A DNA stretch of 64,000 nt from Gemmatimonadales bacterium (GTDB lineage: Bacteria > Gemmatimonadota > Gemmatimonadetes > Gemmatimonadales > GWC2-71-9). The stretch is taken from positions 2,944,001-3,008,000 of the forward strand of contig OZ252244.1 in the NCBI GenBank assembly GCA_965249575.1, read 5' to 3'. Under the pieces are notes generated by a model. That model had not been told where the DNA came from. It was given only the letters and a program-made list of their open reading frames with translations, and ran no database searches. Both the position numbers and the translations under genes were made by a program. This document shows, one piece after another, positions 1-10,902 of this stretch. Within the stretch, counting starts at the first letter, position 1, and each line of letters begins with the position of its first letter.

Positions 1-654
1 CGCACGACCCCGATCGAAGAGGTGCAGCGCAAGACTGACGGCCTCAGCGTGTTTCTGGTGAACCTGCCCGACGCTGGAGACAAGCTTCGAGTTCGTCCTA
101 TCGAGACGATGGTGAACCACGAAACCAACGAATTGTTCTTCGACGGCGTGGAAGTTCCAGCGGACAACCGAATAGGCGATGAAGGGAAAGGTTTTGGTTA
201 CATCTTGAGCGGTATGAACGCCGAACGGATCCTGATCGCCTCGGAATCTATCGGTGACTCGCGGTTCTTCGTGGATCGCGGGTGCGAATACGCCGGCCAG
301 CGCATTGTGTTCGGGCGCCCAATTGGCCAGAACCAGGCGATCCAGTTTCCGATCGCGCGCGCCCATGTTAACACTGAGGCCGCAGCGAGCGTACGAGATC
401 GTGCGGCGATCCTGTACGACGGGGGCGAGGAATGCGGCGCCGAAGCCAACATGTGCAAGTACCTCGCCTCGGAAGCGGCGTGGGAGGCAGGGAACGCGGC
501 CATGACGACCTACGGCGGCTACGGGATGGCGGTGGAATACGACATCGAGCGCAAGTTCCGAGAAGCCCGGCTGTTCCTGGTCGCCCCAGTGTCGAACAAC
601 CTCATCCTCGGGTATGTGGGACAACACGTCCTTGGAATGCCTCGGTCTTTCTGA
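1..654 (+). CDS. Acyl-CoA dehydrogenase, C-terminal part (5' end outside window)
   Basis: Open frame from base 1; motifs FGRPIGQNQAIQFPIA, YGGYG, ERKFREARL. Confidence 0.92.
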   Translation, partial: RTTPIEEVQRKTDGLSVFLVNLPDAGDKLRVRPIETMVNHETNELFFDGVEVPADNRIGDEGKGFGYILSGMNAERILIASESIGDSRFFVDRGCEYAGQRIVFGRPIGQNQAIQFPIARAHVNTEAAASVRDRAAILYDGGEECGAEANMCKYLASEAAWEAGNAAMTTYGGYGMAVEYDIERKFREARLFLVAPVSNNLILGYVGQHVLGMPRSF

Positions 655-715
655 CTCGATGAGTTGGCCCCGTATTTGGAATTGGGGTTCGCCGAAACGG
701 GGCCAGTCATCCCGG

Positions 716-3266
716 ATGAGGCCAGCCACGGTCTGCTTGTGGTGCATGGTATGCGTGGCCGCTCTCGGCGCGAGGCCGGCGTTTGCGGCGATCCAGTCGA
801 ACGAGGGTCGCACCGTGACGCTCCAGGCCGGAGAACGGTATGGTGCTGGTGCACTTCACAGACTTTTCTTCGGTTCCGACTACCGGGACCTGTGGACGGA
901 GCCGATCGAGGTTGAGGAGCTGGATCTCCGCGCGCATGCGGGCGGTCTGACCCCACTCAGCAGCGGCGGGGCCAGGCAGACCCGCTCGCTCTGGTTGCTG
1001 GGAGCTGACGGGAGGCGCTACTCCTTCCGCTCCATCGACAAATACCCGGCAGCCGTGCTGCCGCCCGAACTGCGCTCCTCGGTCGCCGCGCGTCGTTGAA
1101 GATCAAACGAGCTCGGGGTACCCGACCGCGCCCCTCGTCGTCGAGCCAATCGCAAGAGCCGTGGGCATCCTCCACCCGGAGCCGAGGATCGTCGTCCTGC
1201 CGGACGATCCGGCGCTCGGCGAATTTCGCGAGGAATTTGCCGGCATGCTCGGAACCCTCGAACCGCTCGTCCGCCCCGGTGTCAACGGTGGTCCTGCCTT
1301 CGCCGACGCGAACCGTATCGTCGGGACCGGCGACCTATTTGAGTTGATGGAACGGAATAGTGCGGCGCGCATAGACGAGCGGGCGTTCCTCGAGGCTCGC
1401 CTCGTCGACGTCTTGATTGGGGACTGGGACCGACACCGGGGACAGTGGCGCTGGGCCCGGATGGACGGCGATCCCGCCACTCCGAGGCTGCCGATTCCCG
1501 AGGATCGTGACCAGGTCTTTGCGAAGTTCGATGGTTTCTTGCTGTGGATCACCCGGTTCGTCAACCCGCAGCTGGTCAAGTTCGGGCCTGAGTATCCGGG
1601 GATGGTTGGACTGAACTGGAATGGGCGGGAGGTTGACCGGCGGCTGCTCGGGGGGCTTGGCGAAGCCGTTTGGGACTCGGTGGCTGCCGAGGTCGCCCGC
1701 GCGGTGAGCGATTCGGTGATCGCGCTCGCCGTTCGCCGGATTCCCGAGGCTCACTACCGGCTGAGCGGAGCCGAGTTGGAAACGATCCTTCGGCGTCGGC
1801 GCGATCTTCTTCCAGACGCCGCCCGGGCGTTCTACCGGATGCTGGCTCGAGAGGCCGACCTGTATGGTACCGACGATGACGAGGTCGTTGAGATTACGAG
1901 AGTCGACGACCGAACGCTCGAGGTAGCCATCGCCGCTGCCGGTGGGCGCTCCCGCCTCAGGCGTCGGTTCGAACGGGAGGACACCAAGGAAATCCGCATC
2001 TATCTCGGGGGCGGAAACGATCGCGTTCGAGTCAGCGGTGGGGGGGCGGTCTCGATCACGGTACGCATCGTTGGCGGTGACGGAGCGGATCGGGTAGAGG
2101 ACGAGACGGGTCGGGGCCGGCTCGAAATCTACGACGAGGGTCGGGGGACGGTCGTTTCAGAAGGCGTTTCGCTCGATCTGCGTGAATACAACCCGACGGT
2201 CGATCCCGAGCAACCGTACTGGTTGCCGCGAGACTGGGGCTCGACTTCCCGGCCCACCCCCTGGCTGGTTGTGGGTCCGGACATTGGTCTCTTCGCGGGT
2301 TTGGGGGTCGTTCACTATCGCTACGGCTTTCGCAAGGAACCCTACGCCTCTCGAGTCGCGTTCCGAGGTGGATACGCTACGGGGGCTCGGACGTTCCGAG
2401 CCGAGTTCGACGCCGATGCTCGCAGGGCCAACTCCATGGTAGGAGCATCGTTGGCAGCTCGCGCCTCCGGCCTCGACATCCTGTTCTTTCATGGACTCGG
2501 CAACGAGACCCAGGCCTCAGGGTCGAAAGAGTTCTACAAGGTGCGCCAGCAGCAATTCAGTTTGCAGCCGGCCATTTCGCTTCCACTCGGCGCGCACGCG
2601 AGCGTAGCGTTTGGACCGGTGGCGAAATATGCTACCACGGACGTTCGCGCTGGTACGTTCCTGGCCAGTACTCCGATGCCGGTCTACGGAACTGAGAATT
2701 TCGGGCAGATCGGTGGGCATGGGGGGTTCGAGTTGGACCTGCGCGATCGCCGCGTCGCGAGTTCCAGGGGGATGCTGCTGCGTATCGGAGGGAGCGTATA
2801 TCCCAGCGCGTGGGATGTGCAGAGCGCGTTTGGCGAGTTGCACGGAGAGGTCTCCACATATCTTAGCGCGAGTGCTACCGGTGATCTCACGCTTGCTCTC
2901 CGGGGCGGGGGCAAGAAAGTGTGGGGCACCTTCCCGTTTCATGAGGCGGCATTTCTGGGTGGCAATGGTTCCTTGCGCGGTTTTCGAGCCCAGCGCTTCG
3001 CGGGAGACGCCGCCCTGTTTGGGAACGCCGAGCTGCGCGTCAAGGTTGGGCAGTTCTTCTTCCTGCTCCCGGGCGATTTCGGGCTACTCGGCCTTGGAGA
3101 TATCGGGCGGGTATTTCTGGAGGGCGAGTCGTCCGACACATGGCATGCGGCGGCGGGCGGCGGCCTCTGGTTTGCGTTCCTGGGACCGCAGAACACGGTG
3201 AGCGTGGCATTCGCCCGAAGCCGCGAGAGGACCGAAGTGTACGCGCGGGCGGGATTCCAGTTCTAG
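716..3266 (+). CDS. Exported protein: N-terminal kinase-like domain fused to a C-terminal Omp85 (BamA/TamA-type) beta-barrel; frameshift near 1090
   Basis: Signal peptide MRPATVCLW...AFA. Frame switches from ...PPELRSSVAA to VVEDQTSSGYPTAPLVV. Barrel has LRGFRAQRFAGD and ends in Phe (GFQF). Confidence 0.8.
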
Positions 3267-3324
3267 TCGCTGCCCAGATGAGGTTCGTTCGTCCCGTTCA
3301 GCGTTTCATCTTCGACACGTGAGC

Positions 3325-4059
3325 ATGTCTTCACCGCGAATATCCCTGGTCATTCCGGCATACAACGAGATTGCGGCCCTTCCCGGATTACTCGATTCCG
3401 TCGATCGCGCGCGCGCAGCCTTTCGGGACGGCCCCTCGGCAGTCGAGGTCGTGGTGGCGGACAATAGCTCGGGGGACGGCACCGGAGATCTGGCACGGGA
3501 TCGCGATTGCCTCGTCGTGTCGGTTCTCAAGGGATCAATCGCCGCTGCCAGGAATGCCGGAGCGCGCGCGGCCGGTGGGGAGATTCTGGCTTTCGTTGAT
3601 GCCGACAGCCTGATCCATCAACGCACCTTCGACGCGGTGACGGAGTCCTTCACGACGGGCCGCTACGTGGCGGGCTCCACGGGCGTGACACCGGACAGGT
3701 GGTCGCCGGGAATCGCCGTGACGTATGCGATCTTCCTGCCGCTCGTTTGGCTGACGAGAATGGACACGGGTGTCGTGTTTTGCGGTCGCGCGGATTTCAC
3801 GACGGTCGCCGGCTACGACGAAGACCGGTATTTCGCGGAAGACGTCGCCTTCCTCTGGGCGCTCAAGCGGCGTGGCCAATCGCGAGGCCAACGGCTCGTC
3901 CGCCTGCGTGGCGTCAAGGCAATCTCGTCGACCAGGAAATTCGACCAGTTCGGGGACTGGCACTACTTGACACGGATGCCGCGAATGGGAATGGCCGCAC
4001 TGCGGTCGAAGCAACTCCCCGACTTTGCGAGGCGGTACTGGTATGGACCCAGGGACTGA
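3325..4059 (+). CDS. Glycosyltransferase family 2
   Basis: SLVIPAYNE, VVADNSSGD, AFVDAD, FAEDV motifs. Confidence 0.9.
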   Translation: MSSPRISLVIPAYNEIAALPGLLDSVDRARAAFRDGPSAVEVVVADNSSGDGTGDLARDRDCLVVSVLKGSIAAARNAGARAAGGEILAFVDADSLIHQRTFDAVTESFTTGRYVAGSTGVTPDRWSPGIAVTYAIFLPLVWLTRMDTGVVFCGRADFTTVAGYDEDRYFAEDVAFLWALKRRGQSRGQRLVRLRGVKAISSTRKFDQFGDWHYLTRMPRMGMAALRSKQLPDFARRYWYGPRD

Positions 4060-4123
4060 AGTCGAGTTTCCCAGCTTCCCAGCAGTCGATTTCAAGAGCG
4101 CTGAGTCCCATCCCAGTACCTCT

Positions 4124-4213
4124 CCCGAGTGAGCAGTGAGCAGGCCGCCCCGCATCCGCACCACCACGGGCGTGTTGAGGTGTGGTCTCCCCACTGCTCA
4201 CTCCTCACTCGGG
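4124..4213. repeat. 20-bp inverted repeat built from heptamers, between convergent genes (possible bidirectional terminator or REP-like element)
   Basis: CCCGAGTGAGCAGTGAGCAG (4124-4143) matches the reverse complement of CTGCTCACTCCTCACTCGGG (4194-4213) at 19/20 positions. Confidence 0.75.
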
Positions 4214-4239
4214 TTGTGGAGTGAGGAACGGCCGGTTGT

Positions 4240-5559
4240 TCAGCTCACCGGCGCCGGCGCTCCGTCGGGTCCATTATCCCAGTCTTGGGCCGAGGACACG
4301 TTGGGCATGCCCCACTGGTGCCCATTCCACCCGTCGAAACCGTCCATCTTGAAGGCCCAGAAACCGGTCGTGATGTCGCTGATCACGATCAGTCCGTCGG
4401 CATTACGTACATCGATGCCAAAAGCACCCTGCGCGACGCCACTCCCGCCCAGTCCCTTGTTGTGCGGACCGTCGTACGTGTCGTAGTACCCAACGGTGTA
4501 CGGGTTCGTCGGGTCCATCATGTTGAACACGTGTAGTCCGTCCTCATAACCCGAGACGAAGACGTAGGGCCAGCGCACCTCGTGGTTGTGAGCGAGGTTC
4601 TTCCAGTCCGCCGTCCAAGCGCCGATCGGACGTGAAATCGTTCGCACCTCGCCATCCAACCCCGGTTTGAGATCGAAGATTCTCAAGGGCGCGTATTGAT
4701 ACTCGGTCTCGGCGACGACGTACCGTCCGTCGGGCGAGGGCGTGAAGGTGTGGCCCCGCGCGACACCCGCGGCTCCCACGATTGAAGTGATGAGGGAGGG
4801 CTCCTCGGGCCGGCTCACATCGTAGAGGTGGTATCCCCCGGTGCCACCGCCGTAGAAGATGTCTCGGCGAGTAGCGGGGTCATAACCTACGTAGAAATCG
4901 TGGTAGCTGTTCCTCTGGTCCCCAGGGTTTTCAGGAACTGGGACCCTCGCGATCAGCCCCTGGTCCGGGGCTCCGGACAGGAATCGCTCCATGTCGTACA
5001 CGTTGGCGCCAGGCGCGAGCGTGGCGAATAGCAGAACCCGCCCTCCCGAGTGCTTGTACGCGTAAATGTTATGAAACCCGTTTGGCATCTCTGGTGCGCG
5101 TATGCGACCAACCTCGCGGATCGCCGTGGTGTCGGGAAGGCTGGTGACGTCTAAGACGACGGCTCCGACGTCGCTGTTCGGGCTGCCCTGGGGGAACTGT
5201 AATGACTGCGCGTCGTAGTAGCGTCCCCCGAGCTTGAAATACTTGTTGTCCATGGCCCCGAATCCCGTGTGTAGCTCGGGATTCTCGATGGTCCAGGTGT
5301 AAAGGACACGAGCGCGTGTGGGGTCTTTGAGATCGATGATATGAAAACTGGCCGGCGGGTTGAATGCCGATACGTACGCATACGGGCGGGACAGCTCCTG
5401 CTCGATCTCGATGTCCGTTGCGTGGAAAGCTCCTCCGATCGGCAGGTGTGACATGATCTGGATGTTTGAGCTTCCCTGCTCTCCCGGCGGGTACTGGGCA
5501 GGGAGCGACGTCGCCAGCAGAACTCCGAATCCACACAGCACAACGGTTCGCGCGATCAT
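4240..5559 (-). CDS. Secreted LVIVD-repeat-like beta-propeller protein, tandem paralog A
   Basis: Signal peptide; AGGGAG RBS; repeats FHIIDLKDP, YHLYDVSRP, LRIFDLKP, LHVFNMMDP. Confidence 0.75.
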   Translation of the reverse strand: MIARTVVLCGFGVLLATSLPAQYPPGEQGSSNIQIMSHLPIGGAFHATDIEIEQELSRPYAYVSAFNPPASFHIIDLKDPTRARVLYTWTIENPELHTGFGAMDNKYFKLGGRYYDAQSLQFPQGSPNSDVGAVVLDVTSLPDTTAIREVGRIRAPEMPNGFHNIYAYKHSGGRVLLFATLAPGANVYDMERFLSGAPDQGLIARVPVPENPGDQRNSYHDFYVGYDPATRRDIFYGGGTGGYHLYDVSRPEEPSLITSIVGAAGVARGHTFTPSPDGRYVVAETEYQYAPLRIFDLKPGLDGEVRTISRPIGAWTADWKNLAHNHEVRWPYVFVSGYEDGLHVFNMMDPTNPYTVGYYDTYDGPHNKGLGGSGVAQGAFGIDVRNADGLIVISDITTGFWAFKMDGFDGWNGHQWGMPNVSSAQDWDNGPDGAPAPVS

Positions 5560-5667
5560 GATGTCTCCCTTTCCTAACATGAAGAGGCCTCCGGCCCCTC
5601 GCTTCCCAGGTTCGGGGTAGGGAGGCCGCCCCGCCTCCCCTCCGCGTCGAGGTGGCGGGTCTTTCGT

Positions 5668-6984
5668 TTAGCTTATCGGCGCCAGCGCGCCGTCAGGTCC
5701 GTTGTCCCAATCCTGCGCCGACGAGATGTCTGGCATCCCCCACTGGTGGCCGTTCCAGCCGTCGAACCCGTCCATCTTGAACGCCCAAAAACCGGTAGTG
5801 ATGTCATTCACGACGATGAGACCGTCGGCGTTGCGCACATCCACCCCGAATGCGCCTTGTGCTACACCGCTGCCGCCTAGGCCCTTGTCGTGAGGACCAT
5901 CATACGTGTCGTAGTAGGCGACCGTGTACGGGTTCGTCGGGTCCATCATGTTGAATACGTGCAGACCATCCTCATAGCCCGACACGAAGACGTACGGCCA
6001 GCGGACTTCGGTATTGTGCACGAGATTGCGCCAGTCGGCGGTCCACGCTCCGATCGGCCTGCTGATCGTCTGTGTCTCACCATCAAGGCCGGGCTTGAGA
6101 TCGAAGATCCTCAGGGGTGCGTACTGGTATTCCGCTTCGGCGACGACATATCGCCCGTCGGGTGTCGGAGTGAAGGTGTGGCCCCACGTTACGCCGGCCA
6201 CGCCGGTAACGGACGTGATGAGACTTGGTTCTTCGGGATTCGAAACGTCGTACACGAAATAGCCACCCTGGCCGCCGCCATAAAACTTGTCCTGTCGGGT
6301 GGCGGGATCGTATCCCAAGTAGAAGTCGTGGTAGAAGGCTGCGCCGTTCGGCGAGTCGGGCACCGGAACCATGCCGATGAGTCCCTGGTCTCCCGCTCCG
6401 CCAAGAAACCGTTCCATGTCATAGATCTTGGCCCCCCCACTACTGGTCGCGTAGAGGAGTACCCGCCCGCTTGAGTGTTTGTATGCAAAGATATTGTGGA
6501 ACCCGTTGGGTGCGTCGGGAGCGCGAATGCGGCCGGCCTCCCTCACCTTCGTGACATCCGGGAGTCCGGTCACGTCGAGCACGACCGCTCCGAGATCCGT
6601 GTCAGGACTGCCAGCCCGGAACTGAAACGACTGCACGTCGTAGTACCGGCCCCCGAGCTTGAAGTACTTGTTGTCCATCGCACCGTACCCCACGTGGAGG
6701 TCCGGGTTCTCGATCGTCCACGTATAGATGACGTTTGCGCGCTTTGGATCTTTGATGTCGATGATGTGGAAACCCGCGGGCGGGTTGAATGCCGACGCGT
6801 AGACGTAGGGCCGGGACATCTCCTGCTCGATCTCGACATCCGTCGCGTGAAACGGCCCTCCGATCGGGACGTGCGAGAGAATCTCGATGTTGGAGCTCCC
6901 TTGTTTGCCGGGCGGGTATTGTCCAGCGAGAGGAACCGCAAGCACCATTCCAAGGACGGTCAACACGATCGTACGGCCGTTCAT
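5668..6984 (-). CDS. Secreted LVIVD-repeat-like beta-propeller protein, tandem paralog B
   Basis: AAGGAG RBS before MNGRTIV; collinear with and highly similar to 4240-5559. Confidence 0.75.
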   Translation of the reverse strand: MNGRTIVLTVLGMVLAVPLAGQYPPGKQGSSNIEILSHVPIGGPFHATDVEIEQEMSRPYVYASAFNPPAGFHIIDIKDPKRANVIYTWTIENPDLHVGYGAMDNKYFKLGGRYYDVQSFQFRAGSPDTDLGAVVLDVTGLPDVTKVREAGRIRAPDAPNGFHNIFAYKHSSGRVLLYATSSGGAKIYDMERFLGGAGDQGLIGMVPVPDSPNGAAFYHDFYLGYDPATRQDKFYGGGQGGYFVYDVSNPEEPSLITSVTGVAGVTWGHTFTPTPDGRYVVAEAEYQYAPLRIFDLKPGLDGETQTISRPIGAWTADWRNLVHNTEVRWPYVFVSGYEDGLHVFNMMDPTNPYTVAYYDTYDGPHDKGLGGSGVAQGAFGVDVRNADGLIVVNDITTGFWAFKMDGFDGWNGHQWGMPDISSAQDWDNGPDGALAPIS

Positions 6985-7339
6985 GTCGTCTCCTTTTGGG
7001 GGAGTGAGGTGCACTGTCGTCCGGTCCGCAACCCGTGATCGGTGGTACCCTGGAAGCCTGTCGAACGTCGCGGTCCCATCCTGGACCCGATAGCCGCTCG
7101 GAGGGCGTTTCCTTACGGAGGGACGGAGTGGCTCGCACGCCGCCCGTACGAGCCTCGGCCAAAGCGAACACCCGACGGCCGCCGAGAAGTTGGTTCGCAG
7201 TTCGGCAGTGGTCAAGCACTCTCGTTTGCATCGCGCTCATCCCCGCACTACCATTGAGCGCTGCAACGGCTGGACGAAGCGGGGAGAGTCCGGCGAGCAC
7301 CGCGGTGAATTGAGGAGAGCCTTGGCGAGTCGGGCCCAC

Positions 7340-7565
7340 GTGGGTCGTGCAGGGATCGTTGACCGGTTGCTTCGGATCTTCACCGATGTTCGGGCAGGTG
7401 AAAGTGCGACGGCGTTACTCCTGACCGCGAACGTTTTTCTGATCTTCATTGCCTACTATCTGATGCGTCCGGTGCGGGAAGCCCTCATTCTCGCTGGGGG
7501 CGGAGCTGAGCTCAAGAGCTACTTGTCGGCGGGCCAGGTCGTTCTGCTTGCGGGTGCGGTGCCGA
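7340..7565 (+). pseudogene. N-terminal fragment of an Npt1/Npt2-type (ATP/ADP translocase-like) nucleotide transporter
   Basis: DRLLRIFTDVRAGESATALLLTANVFLIFIAYYLMRPVREALIL...ELKSY; similarity stops after about two TM helices. Confidence 0.7.
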
Positions 7566-7639
7566 TCCCCCATCAAGCCGCGTGAGAAGCGAGGTGTTTC
7601 TTGCGCTCGCCATCGGCCTTCTCAATCAGTGGACCCCGA

Positions 7640-8256
7640 ACACCGTGGGGCTCTCGCTCATTCAGGCCAGTCACTCGTTGAACGAAGCACACTCGGAAAA
7701 CCTGATTCATCGCGACGTCAAGCCGGCGAATCTGTATACGTGCCGCATGGGACTCGATCTGGATTTCGTGAAGGTGCTGGATTTCGGTCTGGTGAAGATC
7801 ACCGGGCCGCAGGGTGTGAATCAGAGCTTCGCGACCACACCCGGCGCGACTGCCGGCACGCCGGCGTTCATGGCGCCCGAGGTGGCCATGGGCGAGCCGG
7901 GACTCGACGGGAGGGCGGATATTTACGCCCTCGGGTGCGTCGGCTATTGGCTTCTCACCGGCCAGCTGCTCTTCGATGCCGATACCGCGATCAAGATGAT
8001 GTTCGAGCAGATCAACACCCAACCCCTCCCTCCGTCGCAGCAAAGTGAGCTCGAGATCCCCGAGGCGCTGGACGAGGTCATCCTGTCATGTCTCGCGAAG
8101 AAGAAGGAAGATCGCCCCGCGACCGCGGCGGACTTGGCGGCGAGGCTCGCAGCCATCGACGTGCGGGAGGCATGGACTCAGGAGCGAGCTGCCCGTTGGT
8201 GGCGCACGCACCTGCCTGGCGAATCGGCGCCGGTACCGGCGGCGCTCACCGCCTGA
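7640..8256 (+). pseudogene. C-terminal lobe of a Hanks-type Ser/Thr protein kinase, N-lobe missing
   Basis: IHRDVKPAN, VKVLDFGLVK, GTPAFMAPE, ADIYALGC present; no GxGxxG or VAVK upstream. Confidence 0.8.
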
Positions 8257-8267
8257 GGCATCTGCTG

Positions 8268-9542
8268 CTAGCCCCAGAAGCGCGATAGAGCGAAAGCGGG
8301 CTCGGGTGCCTGGTTATTGAGGACCATCCGGGCGACCATCTCTCCGAGCGCCGGCCCGTGTTTGAAGCCGTGCCCCGATCCTCCACCGACGATCCACATG
8401 TTGAGGGCCAGCGGGTGGCGGTCAACGATGAAGTCGAAGTCCGGCGAGTTCTCGTATTGACAGACTCGGGTCTCGAGGATGGGCGCGTTTCGTAGTGCGG
8501 GGAACCGCCTGGCGAGAAGGGCGAGGGCCCGCTCTGTTCCCTCCTCAGTCACCCGCCGATCGCCGTTGGTCGGATCGAAGCGCGGGCCTCGGGTGTCGTC
8601 TGCCACCTTGAAGCCGCGCGCCGCGTTGCCCGGGATTCCGTAGAACACCCTCTCGGCCCAATCCACCCAGGCCGGCATTGCAGATTCGAGAAAGCGGCCG
8701 TCGCCGCGCGGGGTCCCGAAGTAGAATGTCTCTTGCCGCGTGGGCATTACGAGATCTCCAACTACCTCGGAGATCACTTCCCTGAGCCACGGACCGCACG
8801 CAAAGACATACTGGTCCGCTCGGAGGAGCGATGCTTCGCCTGTAATCCCGGTGAGTTCTCTTCCAGAAATCGGTCCCGGCGAGGCCCAGAATCGCCGATA
8901 CTCGCCGCCCTCATCGATGAAAGCGCTGAACACGGCCCGGCAGGCCTCGCGTGCGTGGAGGTACCCGGCCCCCGGCTCGTAGAACACCCACCGCACGCCG
9001 TCGAAGTCGATCTGCGGGTAGCGTTTGGCTGCCTCCGCGAGGCTCAGCTCCTCGATGGGGATCCGGGCGGCCTCCAGCAGGCTCATGGCTCTCCGATCAG
9101 AGCGATCATCCAAGCTCCTCATTCTGAGGCTGCCGGTCCGGACGTAGAGTTGGCGCCCCCACCGGGTTTCGTGCTCCTTCCATAGCTCGAGGGCGCGAAG
9201 AGCAAGTCGTATATAGATCGGATTCGAGTATGTCGCACGTATGATCCGTGTGTCGCCGCCGGAGCTCGAGCGAGAATTCCCGGGATCCCACGCGTCGACG
9301 AGCGTTACCCGCGCGCCCATGCGCAGGAGTTGAAGTGCGGTCCATCCGCCGAACGCTCCAGCCCCGACAACCACGACGCGCTGAGCCAGCCTCCGGCCCG
9401 CACGAGCGCTTGGAGCCGATCGTCCGAGAGATTCCGGGGCGGCGAGCGCGGTGAGTGCGGCGGCGCCGCCTAACTTCAGGAACGATCGCCGCGTGACCTC
9501 CGGGGGGCGTGGTGAATCGCGAGTCGGAGCGCGAGCAATCAT
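8268..9542 (-). CDS. FAD-dependent oxidoreductase (sarcosine oxidase/DAO family) with Tat signal
   Basis: TRRSFLK twin-Arg motif; VVVVGAGAFG; SSGGDTRIIR; GGGSGHGFKHGP. Confidence 0.88.
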   Translation of the reverse strand: MIARAPTRDSPRPPEVTRRSFLKLGGAAALTALAAPESLGRSAPSARAGRRLAQRVVVVGAGAFGGWTALQLLRMGARVTLVDAWDPGNSRSSSGGDTRIIRATYSNPIYIRLALRALELWKEHETRWGRQLYVRTGSLRMRSLDDRSDRRAMSLLEAARIPIEELSLAEAAKRYPQIDFDGVRWVFYEPGAGYLHAREACRAVFSAFIDEGGEYRRFWASPGPISGRELTGITGEASLLRADQYVFACGPWLREVISEVVGDLVMPTRQETFYFGTPRGDGRFLESAMPAWVDWAERVFYGIPGNAARGFKVADDTRGPRFDPTNGDRRVTEEGTERALALLARRFPALRNAPILETRVCQYENSPDFDFIVDRHPLALNMWIVGGGSGHGFKHGPALGEMVARMVLNNQAPEPAFALSRFWG

Positions 9543-9726
9543 GCCCCTAGATACACCGGTGAGGGACGGTTCGCCATGGCGGGCCTCCGGCGTTCGCCAC
9601 CGCTCGGGTACTTTGGCTTGGAACGATCGCGGTTACCGTCACCGGGGGAGTTGACTGGGTGCAGAACGTGTCACGGTAATTGCGAGGAAGTACCGAGGGT
9701 GCTGCGCGCGGCGGGGGCGCGCGATC

Positions 9727-10902
9727 TTAGCCGCAAACCTTGATGGCAGTCCGCGCCAGCACGGCGGCGAGTTGCTTCACCGAATTCAGATCGACCCATT
9801 CCTCGTCAGCGTGGGCGCCCGAGCCGTGCGGGCCGATCACCACCGTCTCGATCCCTGCATTCGCCAGCAAGGCCGAATCCATCCAGGGCGTTTCGCCGAC
9901 GTAGTGTGATGCCGTTTCCAGCACGTCCTCCACCGCGTCGGACACCGCCCGGACAACTAGAGCATCACGCCCGATCTCGAACGGATCCCGGACCATCAGC
10001 GTTCTCAAGGTCGACTCGAGGGTTGGGTCTTGGCCACGGAGGCTGTCCAGCATGCGCCGGACTTCCCTGGTGACGCCCTCTTCGGTCTCGCCCGGAATCG
10101 TGCGGCGCTCGATTGCCAGGACGCAGCGCGCCGCATATGTAGAAAGCCCGGTCCCGCCGTGGCGCGTTGCGGCGTGGAGCGATGGGCGTCCTACCAAGCT
10201 GTGCGGCGGGCGGTTGCTCAGCTCGGCCTCGAGTGCCTGCAGCGCGGCCAATACCCGACCCATTCGCATGTTGGCGTCCACGCCTTCCTCCGGTCGGCTC
10301 CCGTGCGCGGCCCGGCCTAGCGTTTCGATCTCGAGCCACACGAAGCCTTTGTGCGCGAGGCAGATGTTGAGCTGGGTAGGCTCGGTTACGATGGCGGCGT
10401 CAACCGGAAGGCGAGGGATTAGATCGGCAGTACCGATCGACGCGTGCTCCTCGTCCGCGACCGCAGCGACAACGAGATCTCCCGGTAGCTGGATTTGTGC
10501 GTCCTCGAGCGCCTTGACGGCGCCAAGGCACGCCGCGAGGCTCCCCTTCATGTCGTAGGCTCCTCGGCCGTAGAGGCGGGTCCCGCGTATTGCTGCCGAG
10601 AACGGATCGTTCATGCCCTCTACGCCGACCGTATCGTAGTGGGCGTTCAGCATGAGGGATCGGCCCTTTCCGGCTCCTCGCTTCACCCCGACCACGCTGA
10701 CCCGCCCTAGCTCGGGCTCGTAGACCGAAACCGTGAGACCCAGTTCCCGCATGGCGGTGGCCGTGAACTCTGCTACCTCGGACTCGCCAGGGGCTCCCGG
10801 GACCAGCGCGGGATTCACAGAGTTGATGCGCACCAGCCCGGACAGGATTTGGGTCGTGTAGTCGCCGTCAACCGGGATAGCGGCGCGGTACAGGGTCCCC
10901 AT
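9727..10902 (-). CDS. M20 family ArgE/DapE-like deacylase
   Basis: LNAHYDTV, GRGAYDMKG, ADEE, VTEPT, GAHADEE. Confidence 0.9.
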   Translation of the reverse strand: MGTLYRAAIPVDGDYTTQILSGLVRINSVNPALVPGAPGESEVAEFTATAMRELGLTVSVYEPELGRVSVVGVKRGAGKGRSLMLNAHYDTVGVEGMNDPFSAAIRGTRLYGRGAYDMKGSLAACLGAVKALEDAQIQLPGDLVVAAVADEEHASIGTADLIPRLPVDAAIVTEPTQLNICLAHKGFVWLEIETLGRAAHGSRPEEGVDANMRMGRVLAALQALEAELSNRPPHSLVGRPSLHAATRHGGTGLSTYAARCVLAIERRTIPGETEEGVTREVRRMLDSLRGQDPTLESTLRTLMVRDPFEIGRDALVVRAVSDAVEDVLETASHYVGETPWMDSALLANAGIETVVIGPHGSGAHADEEWVDLNSVKQLAAVLARTAIKVCG

